From: a virus
Taxonomy: Duplodnaviria; Caudoviricetes
Length of the DNA stretch: 64,000 nt
Reading direction: 5' to 3' (one strand)
Virus record (IMG/VR): IMGVR_UViG_3300020577_007690
Span: 1-64,000 of that record
The notes below the pieces were generated by a model that was given only the letters and a program-made list of their open reading frames with translations, made no database searches and was not told the origin of the DNA. Every line of letters begins with the position of its first letter. Within the stretch, counting starts at the first letter, position 1. The position numbers were made by a program, and so were the translations under genes. Below, piece after piece: positions 8,964 to 18,424 of this stretch.

Positions 8964-9260
8964 ATGGCACGCACTCCCGCCGGACAGGCGATGGGCCTCA
9001 AGGGCCTGGCGAACAGCAAGGGGCCGAACGCCGGCATCCTCGGCAAGCGCGGCACCAAGAAGTACGGCGGCTTCTTCGCTGGCCTCGGGCAGGCGGCGAT
9101 GGGCGCGGCCCGCGCGAAGCAGCGCAACATGAGCGCGGGCAACAAGGCGGCCTACGGCACGCCGGGCCTCAAGCAGGTCAAGACGGGCAACAAGACGATG
9201 GCGCGCATCGTCTCCCGCGGCCAGCGCAAGGGCACCGTCGTCCTCGGGAAAAATGGCTGA
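8964..9260 (+). CDS. Small Lys/Arg/Gly-rich basic protein
   Basis: 98 aa with no acidic residues; AAGGAG RBS; upstream TTGCGG-N17-TAGGAT. Confidence 0.7.
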   Translation: MARTPAGQAMGLKGLANSKGPNAGILGKRGTKKYGGFFAGLGQAAMGAARAKQRNMSAGNKAAYGTPGLKQVKTGNKTMARIVSRGQRKGTVVLGKNG

Positions 9261-9287
9261 GCCGACCACCTCTCTTCGTCATGGCAA

Positions 9288-9315
9288 GGCTCTCGCTCCG
9301 GCGGGGGCCTTTTTT
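9288..9315 (+). terminator. Intrinsic terminator
   Basis: GGCTCTCGC-TCCG-GCGGGGGCC followed by T6. Confidence 0.75.
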
Positions 9316-9344
9316 CTTTCATGGGCTCCGCGTATGCTGCGAGC

Positions 9345-9707
9345 ATGATCGTTCGCTCCATCCACGGCGTCCTCCTCCACAAAGGCAAGATCCCCCACAG
9401 CGTGAAAGTCGCGGAGCTGGCGCTGGAGTACAGTGAGCTGCGCGGCGATCCCATCGTCTCCGACTTCCCTGACCTCGGCGAGTGCGTCGGTGACGTCACC
9501 GAGGCGCTACCGGAAGGATGGAGCTGGTGCGAGATCGACAACCTACCGGAGCCCGTACAATCCATCGTTCGGGTCATCGAGGCGGTGAGCAACCTGGAGT
9601 GGGTCGGAGAGGAGAGCCACGTCTTCGTCGATGTGCGCCCGCCTGCTGACGGGAGCAAGATCAGGTCTACCACCGCTGGAGTTGTGCATGCGCCCGCCAA
9701 AGGATGA
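9345..9707 (+). CDS. Hypothetical protein, 120 aa
   Basis: Leaderless TATGCT-N6-ATG start at 9345, just after the terminator. Confidence 0.6.
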   Translation: MIVRSIHGVLLHKGKIPHSVKVAELALEYSELRGDPIVSDFPDLGECVGDVTEALPEGWSWCEIDNLPEPVQSIVRVIEAVSNLEWVGEESHVFVDVRPPADGSKIRSTTAGVVHAPAKG

Positions 9708-9987
9708 TCTGGAGCAGGAGCTGCCGAAGGTCGGAGTATACGGAGACGACCCACCGTGCGACGTGTACATCAACGCTCGGCTGATCAACCACCATCCGGC
9801 GTTCGTTCTGCTCGGGCTCGGTAACGCCGCCGCGGAGCGGTACATCGATCCACCACCGAATCGGCTTGCCAAGAGCATCGCTCGACGCACCGAGTTGCAC
9901 CCGGCTGCGCCCGGCGTTCGATTCCAGGTGGTCGTGAATGAGAAGATGCTGGAGATGCTACGAGACGACGCGAGGTTCACGCCATGA
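9688..9987 (+). CDS. Hypothetical protein
   Basis: ATG 9688 with GGAG upstream; ATGA-coupled to the next gene. Confidence 0.5.
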   Translation: MRPPKDDLEQELPKVGVYGDDPPCDVYINARLINHHPAFVLLGLGNAAAERYIDPPPNRLAKSIARRTELHPAAPGVRFQVVVNEKMLEMLRDDARFTP

Positions 9988-10244
9988 GTTGGGTGTGCAA
10001 TGGAGGATGCGGCACTTCCATACAGGAAATAGACGCCCGCTTGATCATGGATCACTACACCAACTGCCTACATCTGCCAGCAGAACAACGTCTCAAGATG
10101 AGAGAACAACTGGCAAAAACAAAAGATGGCACACTGCTCGAATTCACAGAGGTGATGAAAGACGCCGCAAGCAAGGGGGAGAAAATCGTGTGGGCGTGTA
10201 AGAGTGGTGAATGGCAATGGTTCCTCCTCAAGGAGAAGATGTGA
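9984..10244 (+). CDS. Small putative zinc-binding protein
   Basis: CNGGC...HYTNC; translationally coupled on both sides. Confidence 0.5.
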   Translation: MSWVCNGGCGTSIQEIDARLIMDHYTNCLHLPAEQRLKMREQLAKTKDGTLLEFTEVMKDAASKGEKIVWACKSGEWQWFLLKEKM

Positions 10245-11278
10245 AGACCAACCCCATACCAGTCGCTGAAGCGCTCCTCGCCAAGGTGGTCGAGCTGTCA
10301 GACGGTCCACCGCTCTTCCTGGTGAGCCAGTCGGGTGGCAAGGACGCGAATGCCACCGCACAGCTCTGCGGAGAGGCGTTGCAGCGATGGAATGCGGCGC
10401 ATCCGAAGACGCCCGGCACGATGCGCTTCTTCTACAAGTACCTCGTCGAGAACATCGAGTGTATCGAGAAGCCCATTCACTTCCTGCGGCGGCGCTTCAA
10501 CGTGCCGCACCTGTACAGCTTCCCCTCTCCCATCCTGAGCCGTGCACTCAAGGTGGGATTCATGCGGGAAATCACGCTAAACACGCTGGACACGGTGAAC
10601 GTGCAGGAGGGCGACATCGAGTGGGCGGCGCGCATGACCATGGCGGCCGACCTCTCTGGCATCAAGCCGGAGAACTTCTGGCGCTTCGTGGAAGATGGGG
10701 AGTGCCCAACGTGCGAGGGGCGATGCACAGCAGAGGTGCGCGGCTTCGAGCACCTCATCCCGCAGGAGCTGTTGCTACCTGGCGGCAGGATGAAGTGCTT
10801 CTCCTGCAAGGGGAAGGGGAAGCGCTACAAGCGGATTCCGTCCTTCAGCAAAGACGACATCAAGATCGACCCGCACCGGATCTGGGTGTGCAGCGGACAC
10901 CGCCAGTCGGACAGCCTCGACCGTCGCGCCTGGCTCTCCTCCATGGCGACCGGGAGCGGGCGCAACAACCCCTGGCGCGGTGGCTACTCCAGCGGCGTCA
11001 TCGGCCTCGACAAGAAGAACTTCCGCGCCTACCCCATCGCGGAGTGGAGCACGAAGGATGTGCTCTCCTTCAACCAGTACCGCAACATCCCGCCGCCCGC
11101 GCAGCTCGGCAAGGCGAACCAGGGTGGCCTCGACCTCTCGGAGAAGTGCATGCTGTGGCTGTGGGCTCACGCGCGAGCCGACTACTGGCGCGTGCTCGAA
11201 GTGTTCCCGCACGCGCACGCTCACGTCGCGGCGCGCGGACTCGATCAGGAAGCGACGCCGTCCGTCTCGTCTGTCTGA
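10241..11278 (+). CDS. PAPS-reductase-like PP-loop protein with a zinc-finger insertion
   Basis: PP-loop SQSGGKDA, GHRQSDSLDRR and AYPIAEWSTKDV motifs; CPTCEG...CFSCKGKG insert; GTG start coupled to the upstream stop. Confidence 0.8.
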   Translation: MKTNPIPVAEALLAKVVELSDGPPLFLVSQSGGKDANATAQLCGEALQRWNAAHPKTPGTMRFFYKYLVENIECIEKPIHFLRRRFNVPHLYSFPSPILSRALKVGFMREITLNTLDTVNVQEGDIEWAARMTMAADLSGIKPENFWRFVEDGECPTCEGRCTAEVRGFEHLIPQELLLPGGRMKCFSCKGKGKRYKRIPSFSKDDIKIDPHRIWVCSGHRQSDSLDRRAWLSSMATGSGRNNPWRGGYSSGVIGLDKKNFRAYPIAEWSTKDVLSFNQYRNIPPPAQLGKANQGGLDLSEKCMLWLWAHARADYWRVLEVFPHAHAHVAARGLDQEATPSVSSV

Positions 11279-11634
11279 GACACGCCTGGTGGCGGCGGTG
11301 CCTTCGGGAAGTCAATGCCCTCTTCTCTCGCCTTGCGGATCGCGTTCGTGACGGTGGGCTCCTTCAGCTCGACCAGCTTCGCTGCCTTCCAACGCGGCAT
11401 CCCATAATCACGCACGTACGAAGCAGCGATCCACCGTTTGTTGGTGAAGTCGATCTTGTTGCCGACACCCGGCTTGCGCTTGATGCCGACAGAGCGCCGC
11501 CAAATCGCCACCGTTTCCGACGAGTTGATGCCGAGCTTGGTGGCTATCGCTTCATCCAACTCACCCTGCCTGGCGAGCTTGATGGCCGCGTGCTTGACGT
11601 CGTCTGAATATGCCGCGTGCTTGATACGGCCCAT
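11245..11634 (-). CDS. HTH DNA-binding protein (two HTH-like segments)
   Basis: LDEAIATKLGINSSETVAIWRR and MPRWKAAKLVELKEPTVTNAIR; GGAGG RBS. Confidence 0.6.
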   Translation of the reverse strand: MGRIKHAAYSDDVKHAAIKLARQGELDEAIATKLGINSSETVAIWRRSVGIKRKPGVGNKIDFTNKRWIAASYVRDYGMPRWKAAKLVELKEPTVTNAIRKAREEGIDFPKAPPPPGVSQTDETDGVAS

Positions 11635-11671
11635 CTATACCTCCAGGCCAAGAAGTGTACAATCACCACCC

Positions 11672-12526
11672 ATGAGCGACAATCAGGAACAGACGAGCAG
11701 CGCGGCAGGTCTGGAAGATGCTCTCGACAAGAAGGAGGGCAAGAAGACGCGACGCAAGCGCGCAGCCAAGCCCACCGTCGAGAAGGTGGCGGAGGGTGGG
11801 CTCGCGCCGCCGATCAAGTACGAGATCTTCGTCCCCACGCAGATGAACCGCACGGAACTGAAGAGCGCGCCCTACAACGACAAGGTGCGCTACATGAACG
11901 ACTTCGTGAAGGAACGACTGCGGGACAGCATCAAGCGCGGCTTGTTCCGTCCCCCCCTGTGGAACAAGCGCACCGGCAACCTCGTCGCCGGTCATCAGCG
12001 GCTGGAACAGCTCGATGCACTCGCCGAGACGGACAACTACTCCCTGACCGTGCTCGTCATCGACGTGGACGAGACGGAAGAGGAGCGCATCTCGGTGGCG
12101 GACAACAACAGCGCGCTTCAGGGGCAGTACCAGGCGGACGGCCTGTCGGAGATCATGCTGAGCTGGAAGGCGCAGGGCATCGAGCCTGCTGCCGCTGGCT
12201 TCGAAGCGTTCGACCTTCAGCAGCTCGGCGTGACACCCATCCTGTTCGACGTGGGCATCGAGACAGGTGCAGCAGAGAAGGCAGTCGCTGACCTGGAAGC
12301 GATCGGGCAGATGAAGGATCTGCGCAAGCAGCACAAGGTGAACGACCGCAAGCGCGAGACGGAGGAGTCGAGCCAGATCACCATCGTCTGCAAGGGCAGC
12401 GCCGAGTTCGAAACGCTGATGAAGCGGCTCGGCAGGAAGCCGGAGGATGACACCTACATCCCCGGATGGCAGCTCCTCAAGGCGCTCGGCATCAGCCTGA
12501 AGAAGGACGACGACGAGGACGACTAG
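11672..12526 (+). CDS. ParB N-terminal (ParB/Srx fold) protein of the phage type
   Basis: LKSAPYNDKVR...LRDSIKRGLFRPPLWNKRTGNLVAGHQRL...ADN; TACAAT 8 nt upstream of ATG 11672. Confidence 0.8.
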   Translation: MSDNQEQTSSAAGLEDALDKKEGKKTRRKRAAKPTVEKVAEGGLAPPIKYEIFVPTQMNRTELKSAPYNDKVRYMNDFVKERLRDSIKRGLFRPPLWNKRTGNLVAGHQRLEQLDALAETDNYSLTVLVIDVDETEEERISVADNNSALQGQYQADGLSEIMLSWKAQGIEPAAAGFEAFDLQQLGVTPILFDVGIETGAAEKAVADLEAIGQMKDLRKQHKVNDRKRETEESSQITIVCKGSAEFETLMKRLGRKPEDDTYIPGWQLLKALGISLKKDDDEDD

Positions 12527-12739
12527 CTACCAACTGCACCAGACGATGTAACATTCGACGGGCATCTCTTCTTTCTCCAACCACGCCTTGAACTTCGGGT
12601 TGTATTCCGGGTTGAAAATGCGCCCAGAGTCGTTGCTGAATCTCTCCAGCACCTCGTCACGTACATCGTCTGGAAGCACGCTATCACTGATGATGCCGTA
12701 CTTGGCGTAGTGCCCGGCGTGCTTGTTCTTATCAGCCAT
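12527..12739 (-). CDS. Hypothetical protein, 70 aa
   Basis: GAGGGAG RBS; coupled to the upstream gene. Confidence 0.5.
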   Translation of the reverse strand: MADKNKHAGHYAKYGIISDSVLPDDVRDEVLERFSNDSGRIFNPEYNPKFKAWLEKEEMPVECYIVWCSW

Positions 12740-13059
12740 CACAGCTCCCTCGCCACCGCCAGCGCGTAGCAGGAAACCGTCAGCGCCTGAAGCAGGCGCA
12801 CGACGATGAGCAGGTGCCACAAGTCTGCGAATCCTGCCCACAGGAAGATGCCGAACCACAGGAGGCCCAGAAGACCGCGCACCGCATCGAGCGGCCGACG
12901 CTCCCGATCAGAGGTGGAGGGGCTGAGCGCCGCGATCTTTGCGACGGCAGCGCCAGCGAAGAAGATGGCGATGGGCCACCACCACACCGGCATGCGCGCG
13001 TCGAGCGCTGCCAGGGTGGCGATGACCCACACCGTATAGCTGATCCAGTAGACGATCAT
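12739..13059 (-). CDS. Membrane protein (about 3-4 TM segments)
   Basis: 106 aa, strongly hydrophobic. Confidence 0.55.
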   Translation of the reverse strand: MIVYWISYTVWVIATLAALDARMPVWWWPIAIFFAGAAVAKIAALSPSTSDRERRPLDAVRGLLGLLWFGIFLWAGFADLWHLLIVVRLLQALTVSCYALAVAREL

Positions 13060-13988
13060 GACGCCGCAGGCTCCGGCGCCTTGTCCTTCTTCGTGGGGAG
13101 CTTCTCCAGCTTGTGCTTGATGCTCATGTACTGGGCACGCTCGGCGGGGTCCTTGATGGGCATGATCTGCGAGGACAGCGCACCATCGACCAGCGCAATG
13201 AGCTTGTCGCGCTCAATGACCGTCATGCGCTCCCAGGTGACGCGCGGGGCCTTCTCGACCTCGTCTTCGGGCGTCTCGCCGCGGAGGGCCGCCTTGCGGC
13301 CCTTGTCGTCCTCTGCCGACAGGTACGTCTCGATGACGGCGGCCTGCGCCTCGTGGTCGGGGAAGCGCTTGCACAGCAGGATGGCGTCGGGGAGGATGAG
13401 CACCTCCTTGGCGACAGCCTCTTGCACCGCGGGCGACGAGGCCAGGATGCCGTTCGGCGACACGGCGCGGCGCAGCTCGCCAGGGTTGCGGAAGAAGTTG
13501 GGGAACTTCTTCAGCACGTCCTCCTCGGTGACGCCGAGGTTGAGCATGTCGTACGCCGTCGTGATCCGCGTCATGGCATCGTTGCCCTTGCGGACCTCAT
13601 TCTCGGAGATGTACTTGTCGCGCAGCTCCGCGTCGCTCATGCGCTGCTCCATGAGCACGCCGATGGTGATCGGGGGCTCATTGCGCTCCGCGCGTCGCTT
13701 GTTGACCTCGCGGCAGGCGATGACGCGCCGATTGCCGAACGCCGTCTCCTTCAGCCACTCCCCGTTGGCCTGGCGAAGGCGAACGGTGATGAGCTGAAGC
13801 ACACCCTGCTTCTCGATGTCATTGATCAGCTCGATCATCTGCGGATCTTCGAGCCGGTAGCGCATGCTGCGCAGCGGGGTGTGCAGCGTGTGACCGAGAT
13901 CAGCCACGGTGAGGAGATCCTCGGGCTTGAACCGCGCGAAGTCTCCTCGACCAGCCGCGCCTGCCTTCTTCAGTTGCTCCGAACCCAT
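13056..13988 (-). CDS. ParB/RepB/Spo0J-like protein
   Basis: ELINDIEKQGVLQLITVR...TAFGNRRVIAC...ISENEVRK ParB N-domain, followed by an HTH-like helical region. Confidence 0.7.
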   Translation of the reverse strand: MGSEQLKKAGAAGRGDFARFKPEDLLTVADLGHTLHTPLRSMRYRLEDPQMIELINDIEKQGVLQLITVRLRQANGEWLKETAFGNRRVIACREVNKRRAERNEPPITIGVLMEQRMSDAELRDKYISENEVRKGNDAMTRITTAYDMLNLGVTEEDVLKKFPNFFRNPGELRRAVSPNGILASSPAVQEAVAKEVLILPDAILLCKRFPDHEAQAAVIETYLSAEDDKGRKAALRGETPEDEVEKAPRVTWERMTVIERDKLIALVDGALSSQIMPIKDPAERAQYMSIKHKLEKLPTKKDKAPEPAAS

Positions 13989-14012
13989 TCTTCATATCCT
14001 CCGTTGGAACGT

Positions 14013-14321
14013 TTACTCGTCGTCATCGTCGTCAGTCTGCACCACGGGCTGGCTCAGACTGGCAATTCCAGCGCGCAGCTCTCGCGCGGTCGGCAAACGA
14101 CCGTTCTTCTGCGAGAACCACCCTGCGTAGTCAACACGCACACGCAGCTCATCGTAGAGGCGGTAGAACGTGTCCTCGTACTGATCAAGGGGGACAGCGT
14201 TCAGACCGACAGCGAATTCAGCACGGCGGTTGCCGAACTGAACCGTCGGGAACGTACCCCCAAGCGTAATCTGGAGACTGCGCGTGGGCTGTGCAGCCGC
14301 ACGCGGCTTCTTCTCTGCCAT
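14013..14321 (-). CDS. Hypothetical protein with an acidic C-terminal tail
   Basis: AGGAGG RBS before ATG 14321; ends in QTDDDDDE. Confidence 0.6.
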   Translation of the reverse strand: MAEKKPRAAAQPTRSLQITLGGTFPTVQFGNRRAEFAVGLNAVPLDQYEDTFYRLYDELRVRVDYAGWFSQKNGRLPTARELRAGIASLSQPVVQTDDDDDE

Positions 14322-14338
14322 GCCGTCCTCCTGCTTGT

Positions 14339-14385
14339 AGTCTAACAACGAGCGCCCAGGTTTCTAACACCGGACGTTCGTTCAG
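14339..14385 (-). promoter_or_regulatory. Motif promoter, copy 2: CTGAACGAACGTCCGGTG + TTAGAA, N17, TAGACT
   Basis: Element 14385-14364, -35 at 14367-14362, -10 at 14344-14339. Confidence 0.65.
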
Positions 14386-14405
14386 GAGAACGATGTCAGA
14401 CGATG

Positions 14406-14834
14406 CTAGGTGGGCGGAGTCGTGACAATCGCTGTGGCGACCAGGCGCCACTCGCGATTGACCGCACTTCGAAGTGTTGCGGTGAAGGGGTGCCACTCGC
14501 CCATGACAAGGCGCTCTCCGGTGCGCTCATCGAGCGAGAGCCACGACCAGCGGTTGCCCCTGACGATGATGGCGTTGCAGTCATCTGCACGCTGCGGATC
14601 GCCATAGACGTAGAACAGATCGCCTGTCTGGATGCCCAGGATCAGCTCTTCGATGGGGCGCCTCGACAGCGCCTCCACGCGATCCATGGGCGTCGTCGGC
14701 GCGAGACATCCCCCTCCGGGGTCCGTCTTCTCCTCGACGTAGGAAGAGGACTGTTGCGATGGTGCGATGCGTGTACGGCCCGATCTGGAACCGCCGGGAA
14801 CCGTCGCCTCCTCGGTGAAGTCGCTGAACATCAT
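14406..14834 (-). CDS. Early hypothetical protein
   Basis: RBS-supported ATG at 14834. Confidence 0.55.
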   Translation of the reverse strand: MMFSDFTEEATVPGGSRSGRTRIAPSQQSSSYVEEKTDPGGGCLAPTTPMDRVEALSRRPIEELILGIQTGDLFYVYGDPQRADDCNAIIVRGNRWSWLSLDERTGERLVMGEWHPFTATLRSAVNREWRLVATAIVTTPPT

Positions 14835-14980
14835 GAACCTCCCTCTGTCCCCCAGAGAAACGTGTGCCCTAAACACAGGCTGTGCAAGCGCAAGGGCAAA
14901 ATCGTCACGCTCACATCGTATCTGTGGCAGGCCGCCACAGCAAGAGGGGACGTGCGTTCAGTGAGCGAGCCTACATCTGA

Positions 14981-15274
14981 CTACGCCGAAAACTCCGGCA
15001 GACCTGGAAGCCAGGGAACCTTGTGCTTCGCCTCCTTGAAGCAGACCTTGCAGAAGCGCTTCTGGCCCCTGTCACTCGTCGGAACGCGCGACGGCGTCCA
15101 CGTATTGCGCGGGTCCGGCATCGTCTTCGAATCGAGCAAGGCGGAGAGCTTCTCCGCAGGGGAGAGAGGCTCCAGCCTGTACTTGCAGACCGTCGTGGTG
15201 CCACCGTCAAGGGTGCGATGCACGCGAGACGGCATGCGGCACGAATCGAGCCAGCCGATGCGGTGTCCACTCAT
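14981..15274 (-). CDS. Early hypothetical protein with a CxxC motif
   Basis: ATGA-coupled start at 15274; CKVC. Confidence 0.5.
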   Translation of the reverse strand: MSGHRIGWLDSCRMPSRVHRTLDGGTTTVCKYRLEPLSPAEKLSALLDSKTMPDPRNTWTPSRVPTSDRGQKRFCKVCFKEAKHKVPWLPGLPEFSA

Positions 15275-15576
15275 GGGCTTCGCTTCGAAGCTTCCTGGCG
15301 AACAGCGTCGCAGGAGATCAGCTCGATGGGTGGTCCCGGCGGAAGAGCGCAGACCATGCCGTTGCGCACGCAGACGTTGATGACGCCGCCGGTATACCCG
15401 GCAGTCTCCGCGCGCTCCACGATCACGTCGATCGCGTGGCACTGAAGGCACTGGTAGGGGCCGATGGCGATCGAGCCGTCTCCGAAGTGCGGACCCATCT
15501 TGTTGCGGGTCAGCCACTGGAAAGTCAGGCCGAGGTTGTCGGACTTGATGTCGATGCCTTTCCTCTTGCGACCCAT
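15271..15576 (-). CDS. Early hypothetical Cys-containing protein
   Basis: GGAGG RBS before ATG 15576; CLQC. Confidence 0.5.
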   Translation of the reverse strand: MGRKRKGIDIKSDNLGLTFQWLTRNKMGPHFGDGSIAIGPYQCLQCHAIDVIVERAETAGYTGGVINVCVRNGMVCALPPGPPIELISCDAVRQEASKRSP

Positions 15577-15581
15577 CGCGA

Positions 15582-16157
15582 TCAGCCTCCCTTGCCGAAG
15601 CGAGCGCAGTTGTGAGCGCCGCACCATACGTCGATGAGGAACTCGCGCTCGATCTCCTTCTCGCCCCGCTTCCACTTCGCGTGCAGGATGAGATAGTCGA
15701 TGTGATTCTTCTTCTCGACGTGGATGGGCGCGTTGCCGGCATCCAAGTAGACCTCCCAGCTCAGGGAGGCATCCGAGGGCAGACCCTCGATCGCGGAGCG
15801 TATGCGTGGTTGCTCGCAAGAGCCGAGGTGCCAGTACCCCTTGAGGGGGCGGTACGCCTCCGTGTAATGGTGGTACGGCGGCGCCCAGAAGTCGTTGCCG
15901 CTCTGGACCTTGACCAGCTTCGCGGGTAGCACGTCGGCTGCGTCAGTGTAGCCGTTGCGGACGATGCCCTTCATGGGCAGGTTGAAGGTCCCACCGCCGG
16001 ACAGCTTGAAGTGGACGACGAAGTCGAAGTCGTCGCGCCACGAGTCGCGGCCCGGTGTCGCGTCGCCGTTCATGCCGATGAGCATGTACTTGCGCAGCGC
16101 GGAACGCAGTTGCACGAGTGTATCGTTGGGCTTGATGCGTGTCTCTTCGTTGACCAT
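15582..16157 (-). CDS. Early hypothetical protein, 191 aa
   Basis: AGGAGG RBS before ATG 16157; start trimmed from the track. Confidence 0.65.
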   Translation of the reverse strand: MVNEETRIKPNDTLVQLRSALRKYMLIGMNGDATPGRDSWRDDFDFVVHFKLSGGGTFNLPMKGIVRNGYTDAADVLPAKLVKVQSGNDFWAPPYHHYTEAYRPLKGYWHLGSCEQPRIRSAIEGLPSDASLSWEVYLDAGNAPIHVEKKNHIDYLILHAKWKRGEKEIEREFLIDVWCGAHNCARFGKGG

Positions 16158-16392
16158 GATGGTCCTCCTATCGAGTTGGGATAGGGGCCGCGCTTCGTAC
16201 GCGGTCCACTGCGTTGGAGTCCCCAACCAGGCTTGGGATTCTTCGAACCCGCGAAGCCTGGTTGAGAATGCCGACACTCTGGCGTGTGGGTCGATTCAGA
16301 GGTGTCAGACTGGAACGACTGCGGCGAATGCGTTCCGCAGTCAGGACAAGTCCACCCCTTCTTGTGACCTAGCAGCTCAGCTACCGAGGCCA

Positions 16393-16596
16393 TCAGATGT
16401 ACTCCACAGTCAGACGGTGGAAGCTCGTGCCCCAACGCCAGATCTGGAAGTACGACTGATCCTGCCATGTCATGCGCAGCTCGGGTCCGCACACGCAATC
16501 CGGGTGCAGAGCAGTCCGCGCCAGCGAGATGAACGGGCAATCCATCCGATCACGACCCACGTACAACGTTCGTCCAAACAATCGAGCCAAGATCAT
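16393..16596 (-). CDS. Early hypothetical protein
   Basis: AGGAGGAG RBS. Confidence 0.55.
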   Translation of the reverse strand: MILARLFGRTLYVGRDRMDCPFISLARTALHPDCVCGPELRMTWQDQSYFQIWRWGTSFHRLTVEYI

Positions 16597-16666
16597 CGGC
16601 TCCTCCTATCGTTCATGACTGACGGCGAGTCGAAAGACTCGCGCGGCAGGGATGAAGGATGGAAGA

Positions 16667-16855
16667 TCAGGTGCGCGCCGCTGCGACGATCTTTTTGACC
16701 TCCGGGTCTCGCGATCGGTTGAGCATCTCGCACAGCGACCGACACATGGTGTCAGCGTCTGCTGGATGTGTTGCACCCTCTCGACCAATCGAGATGAACG
16801 GGCGATCGTCGAGGTAGATCTGCCGTCCAGCTTGCACGGTGAACTTCTTGGGCAT
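16667..16855 (-). CDS. Early hypothetical protein
   Basis: GGAGG RBS, TGATG coupling. Confidence 0.55.
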   Translation of the reverse strand: MPKKFTVQAGRQIYLDDRPFISIGREGATHPADADTMCRSLCEMLNRSRDPEVKKIVAAART

Positions 16856-17024
16856 CAGTCCTCCAGGTACGATTCTTCAATCGTACCGTCCTCTACATTG
16901 ACGCGCACAGCTTCACGCAGGGTCTGTGTTGTCTCGCTGTCGTAGCACTGGATACCGACTCTTTCGAGCAGCTCGACGCAGCGCTCACGCGGGAGCTTCC
17001 AGATCTTGGCGCGTGTCTCTTTCG

Positions 17025-17591
17025 TCAAGGCTTCCTCCAGGTCGTCTCGTCCTTCGACGGCTCACCGTTCGGGCGGTAGCCGAGCGCGTGTAGAATGCGC
17101 TCTGCGCGACCATGGTGCAGGTTGCCGTTCGGGTCCTCCGCTCGCGCTTGCGCCGTCGTGATCTCGTAGCGCGTCGGCTGCATGGTGAGACGCAGCTTGT
17201 CGCCAGGGTACATCGGCGAGCACCCGGATTTCGGTGGTGACTCCAGCCTCCCATCGTCGATGAGCGACTGCGCCTTGCTCATGTCGAGCGGTAGAATCAG
17301 CTCGAACATGGTGCCGGAGCCCGGCACCTCCGGGTCGCAGACGATACCATATGCCATAAGCCACACCGCGAACGCCTCGGGTGTCTCGAAGGCGGTCCAG
17401 CTCAGAGCAGCGCTACGCGGCGAGTAGATCAGGAACTCGTAGTTGTGCGAGACCCGCATCGCCTTCTGATCGGCGCTCAGGCGATACGCCATGACACGCT
17501 TGCCTGGGTTCTCCAGAATCTCTTGCTCGGTATCATCGTATCCGAGCGACTGGCACATGTGCGCCAGCTCGTAATTGCCTCTTCGGAGCAT
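17025..17591 (-). CDS. Early hypothetical protein
   Basis: 188 aa, AGGAGGG RBS. Confidence 0.65.
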   Translation of the reverse strand: MLRRGNYELAHMCQSLGYDDTEQEILENPGKRVMAYRLSADQKAMRVSHNYEFLIYSPRSAALSWTAFETPEAFAVWLMAYGIVCDPEVPGSGTMFELILPLDMSKAQSLIDDGRLESPPKSGCSPMYPGDKLRLTMQPTRYEITTAQARAEDPNGNLHHGRAERILHALGYRPNGEPSKDETTWRKP

Positions 17592-17651
17592 TGCTCCCTC
17601 CTATCATCAACTCACGCGCACCGTGGAGCGGTGAGGCTCCACGGTGCTCCG

Positions 17652-18032
17652 TCAGGCGACGAGCGGAATGGTGGACGGGTCGATCTCGGACAGCCACCGA
17701 GAGCCGATGATCTGGCCGTGCTTGATGATGACCCGTGCGAAGTGGTCGAAGATGATCACTTCGAAGTGCAAGTGATCACGGTCGATGGTGATCATGTTCG
17801 CGTTGACGAACGCGATCAGATCGCCGCTCGGGTAAACCGCGAGACTCGCCAGCCGCTTGCTTGGCGAGACACGGCAGTCCGTCACGATGCAGTACGGACC
17901 GATCTGCATCCCGCCTTTCGACTTCGGCGAGGCGAACGGCATCTTCGGATTGTGACCGCTCGGGTACTTCTCGAAGCGCGAGAAGAAGTCGTGGAAACTT
18001 CGCTTCTCGGGCATGTACAGCTTGTCCGACAT
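17652..18032 (-). CDS. Early hypothetical protein
   Basis: 126 aa, AGGAGG RBS. Confidence 0.65.
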   Translation of the reverse strand: MSDKLYMPEKRSFHDFFSRFEKYPSGHNPKMPFASPKSKGGMQIGPYCIVTDCRVSPSKRLASLAVYPSGDLIAFVNANMITIDRDHLHFEVIIFDHFARVIIKHGQIIGSRWLSEIDPSTIPLVA

Positions 18033-18175
18033 TGGACCTCCTATCTACTGCTCAGAAGAAGAGCGTGGGCGACCAGCTCCACGACCGGATGTCTCTGTGC
18101 TCCTGCGCGTCCATGACGCAGAAGTACCGGGTGCTCCTCTGCTGAGCGGTAGGCAGGAGCGCCTACCGCTCGCCG

Positions 18176-18412
18176 TCACGCCGACGGATTGAGGTAGTAG
18201 CGATCCGGGTCCGGCTTGCCACCGTAGCGACGCGCCAGCTCCGCTGCCGGAAGCTTCCGGCACAAGATCAGATCCGGCATACCGATCCGATGGATCGGAT
18301 CACAGTCGATGCCGCTGCGCAGCATGGCGCGCAACATGGTCCGAATGCGACCATGCGCCGCGCGCTTGCTTGCCTTGCGCGCCATTCGGTCGCGCTTGTC
18401 TCCGTTTGCCAT
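18176..18412 (-). CDS. Early basic hypothetical protein
   Basis: 78 aa, AGGAGG RBS. Confidence 0.55.
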   Translation of the reverse strand: MANGDKRDRMARKASKRAAHGRIRTMLRAMLRSGIDCDPIHRIGMPDLILCRKLPAAELARRYGGKPDPDRYYLNPSA

Positions 18413-18424
18413 CTCTTGATCCTC

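Noticed and set aside
16235-16250. T-arm-like GGGTTCGAAGAATCCC (minus strand) as a second tRNA
   Set aside because: Three extra bases in the loop and no D-arm, anticodon arm or acceptor stem; it is part of a simple hairpin
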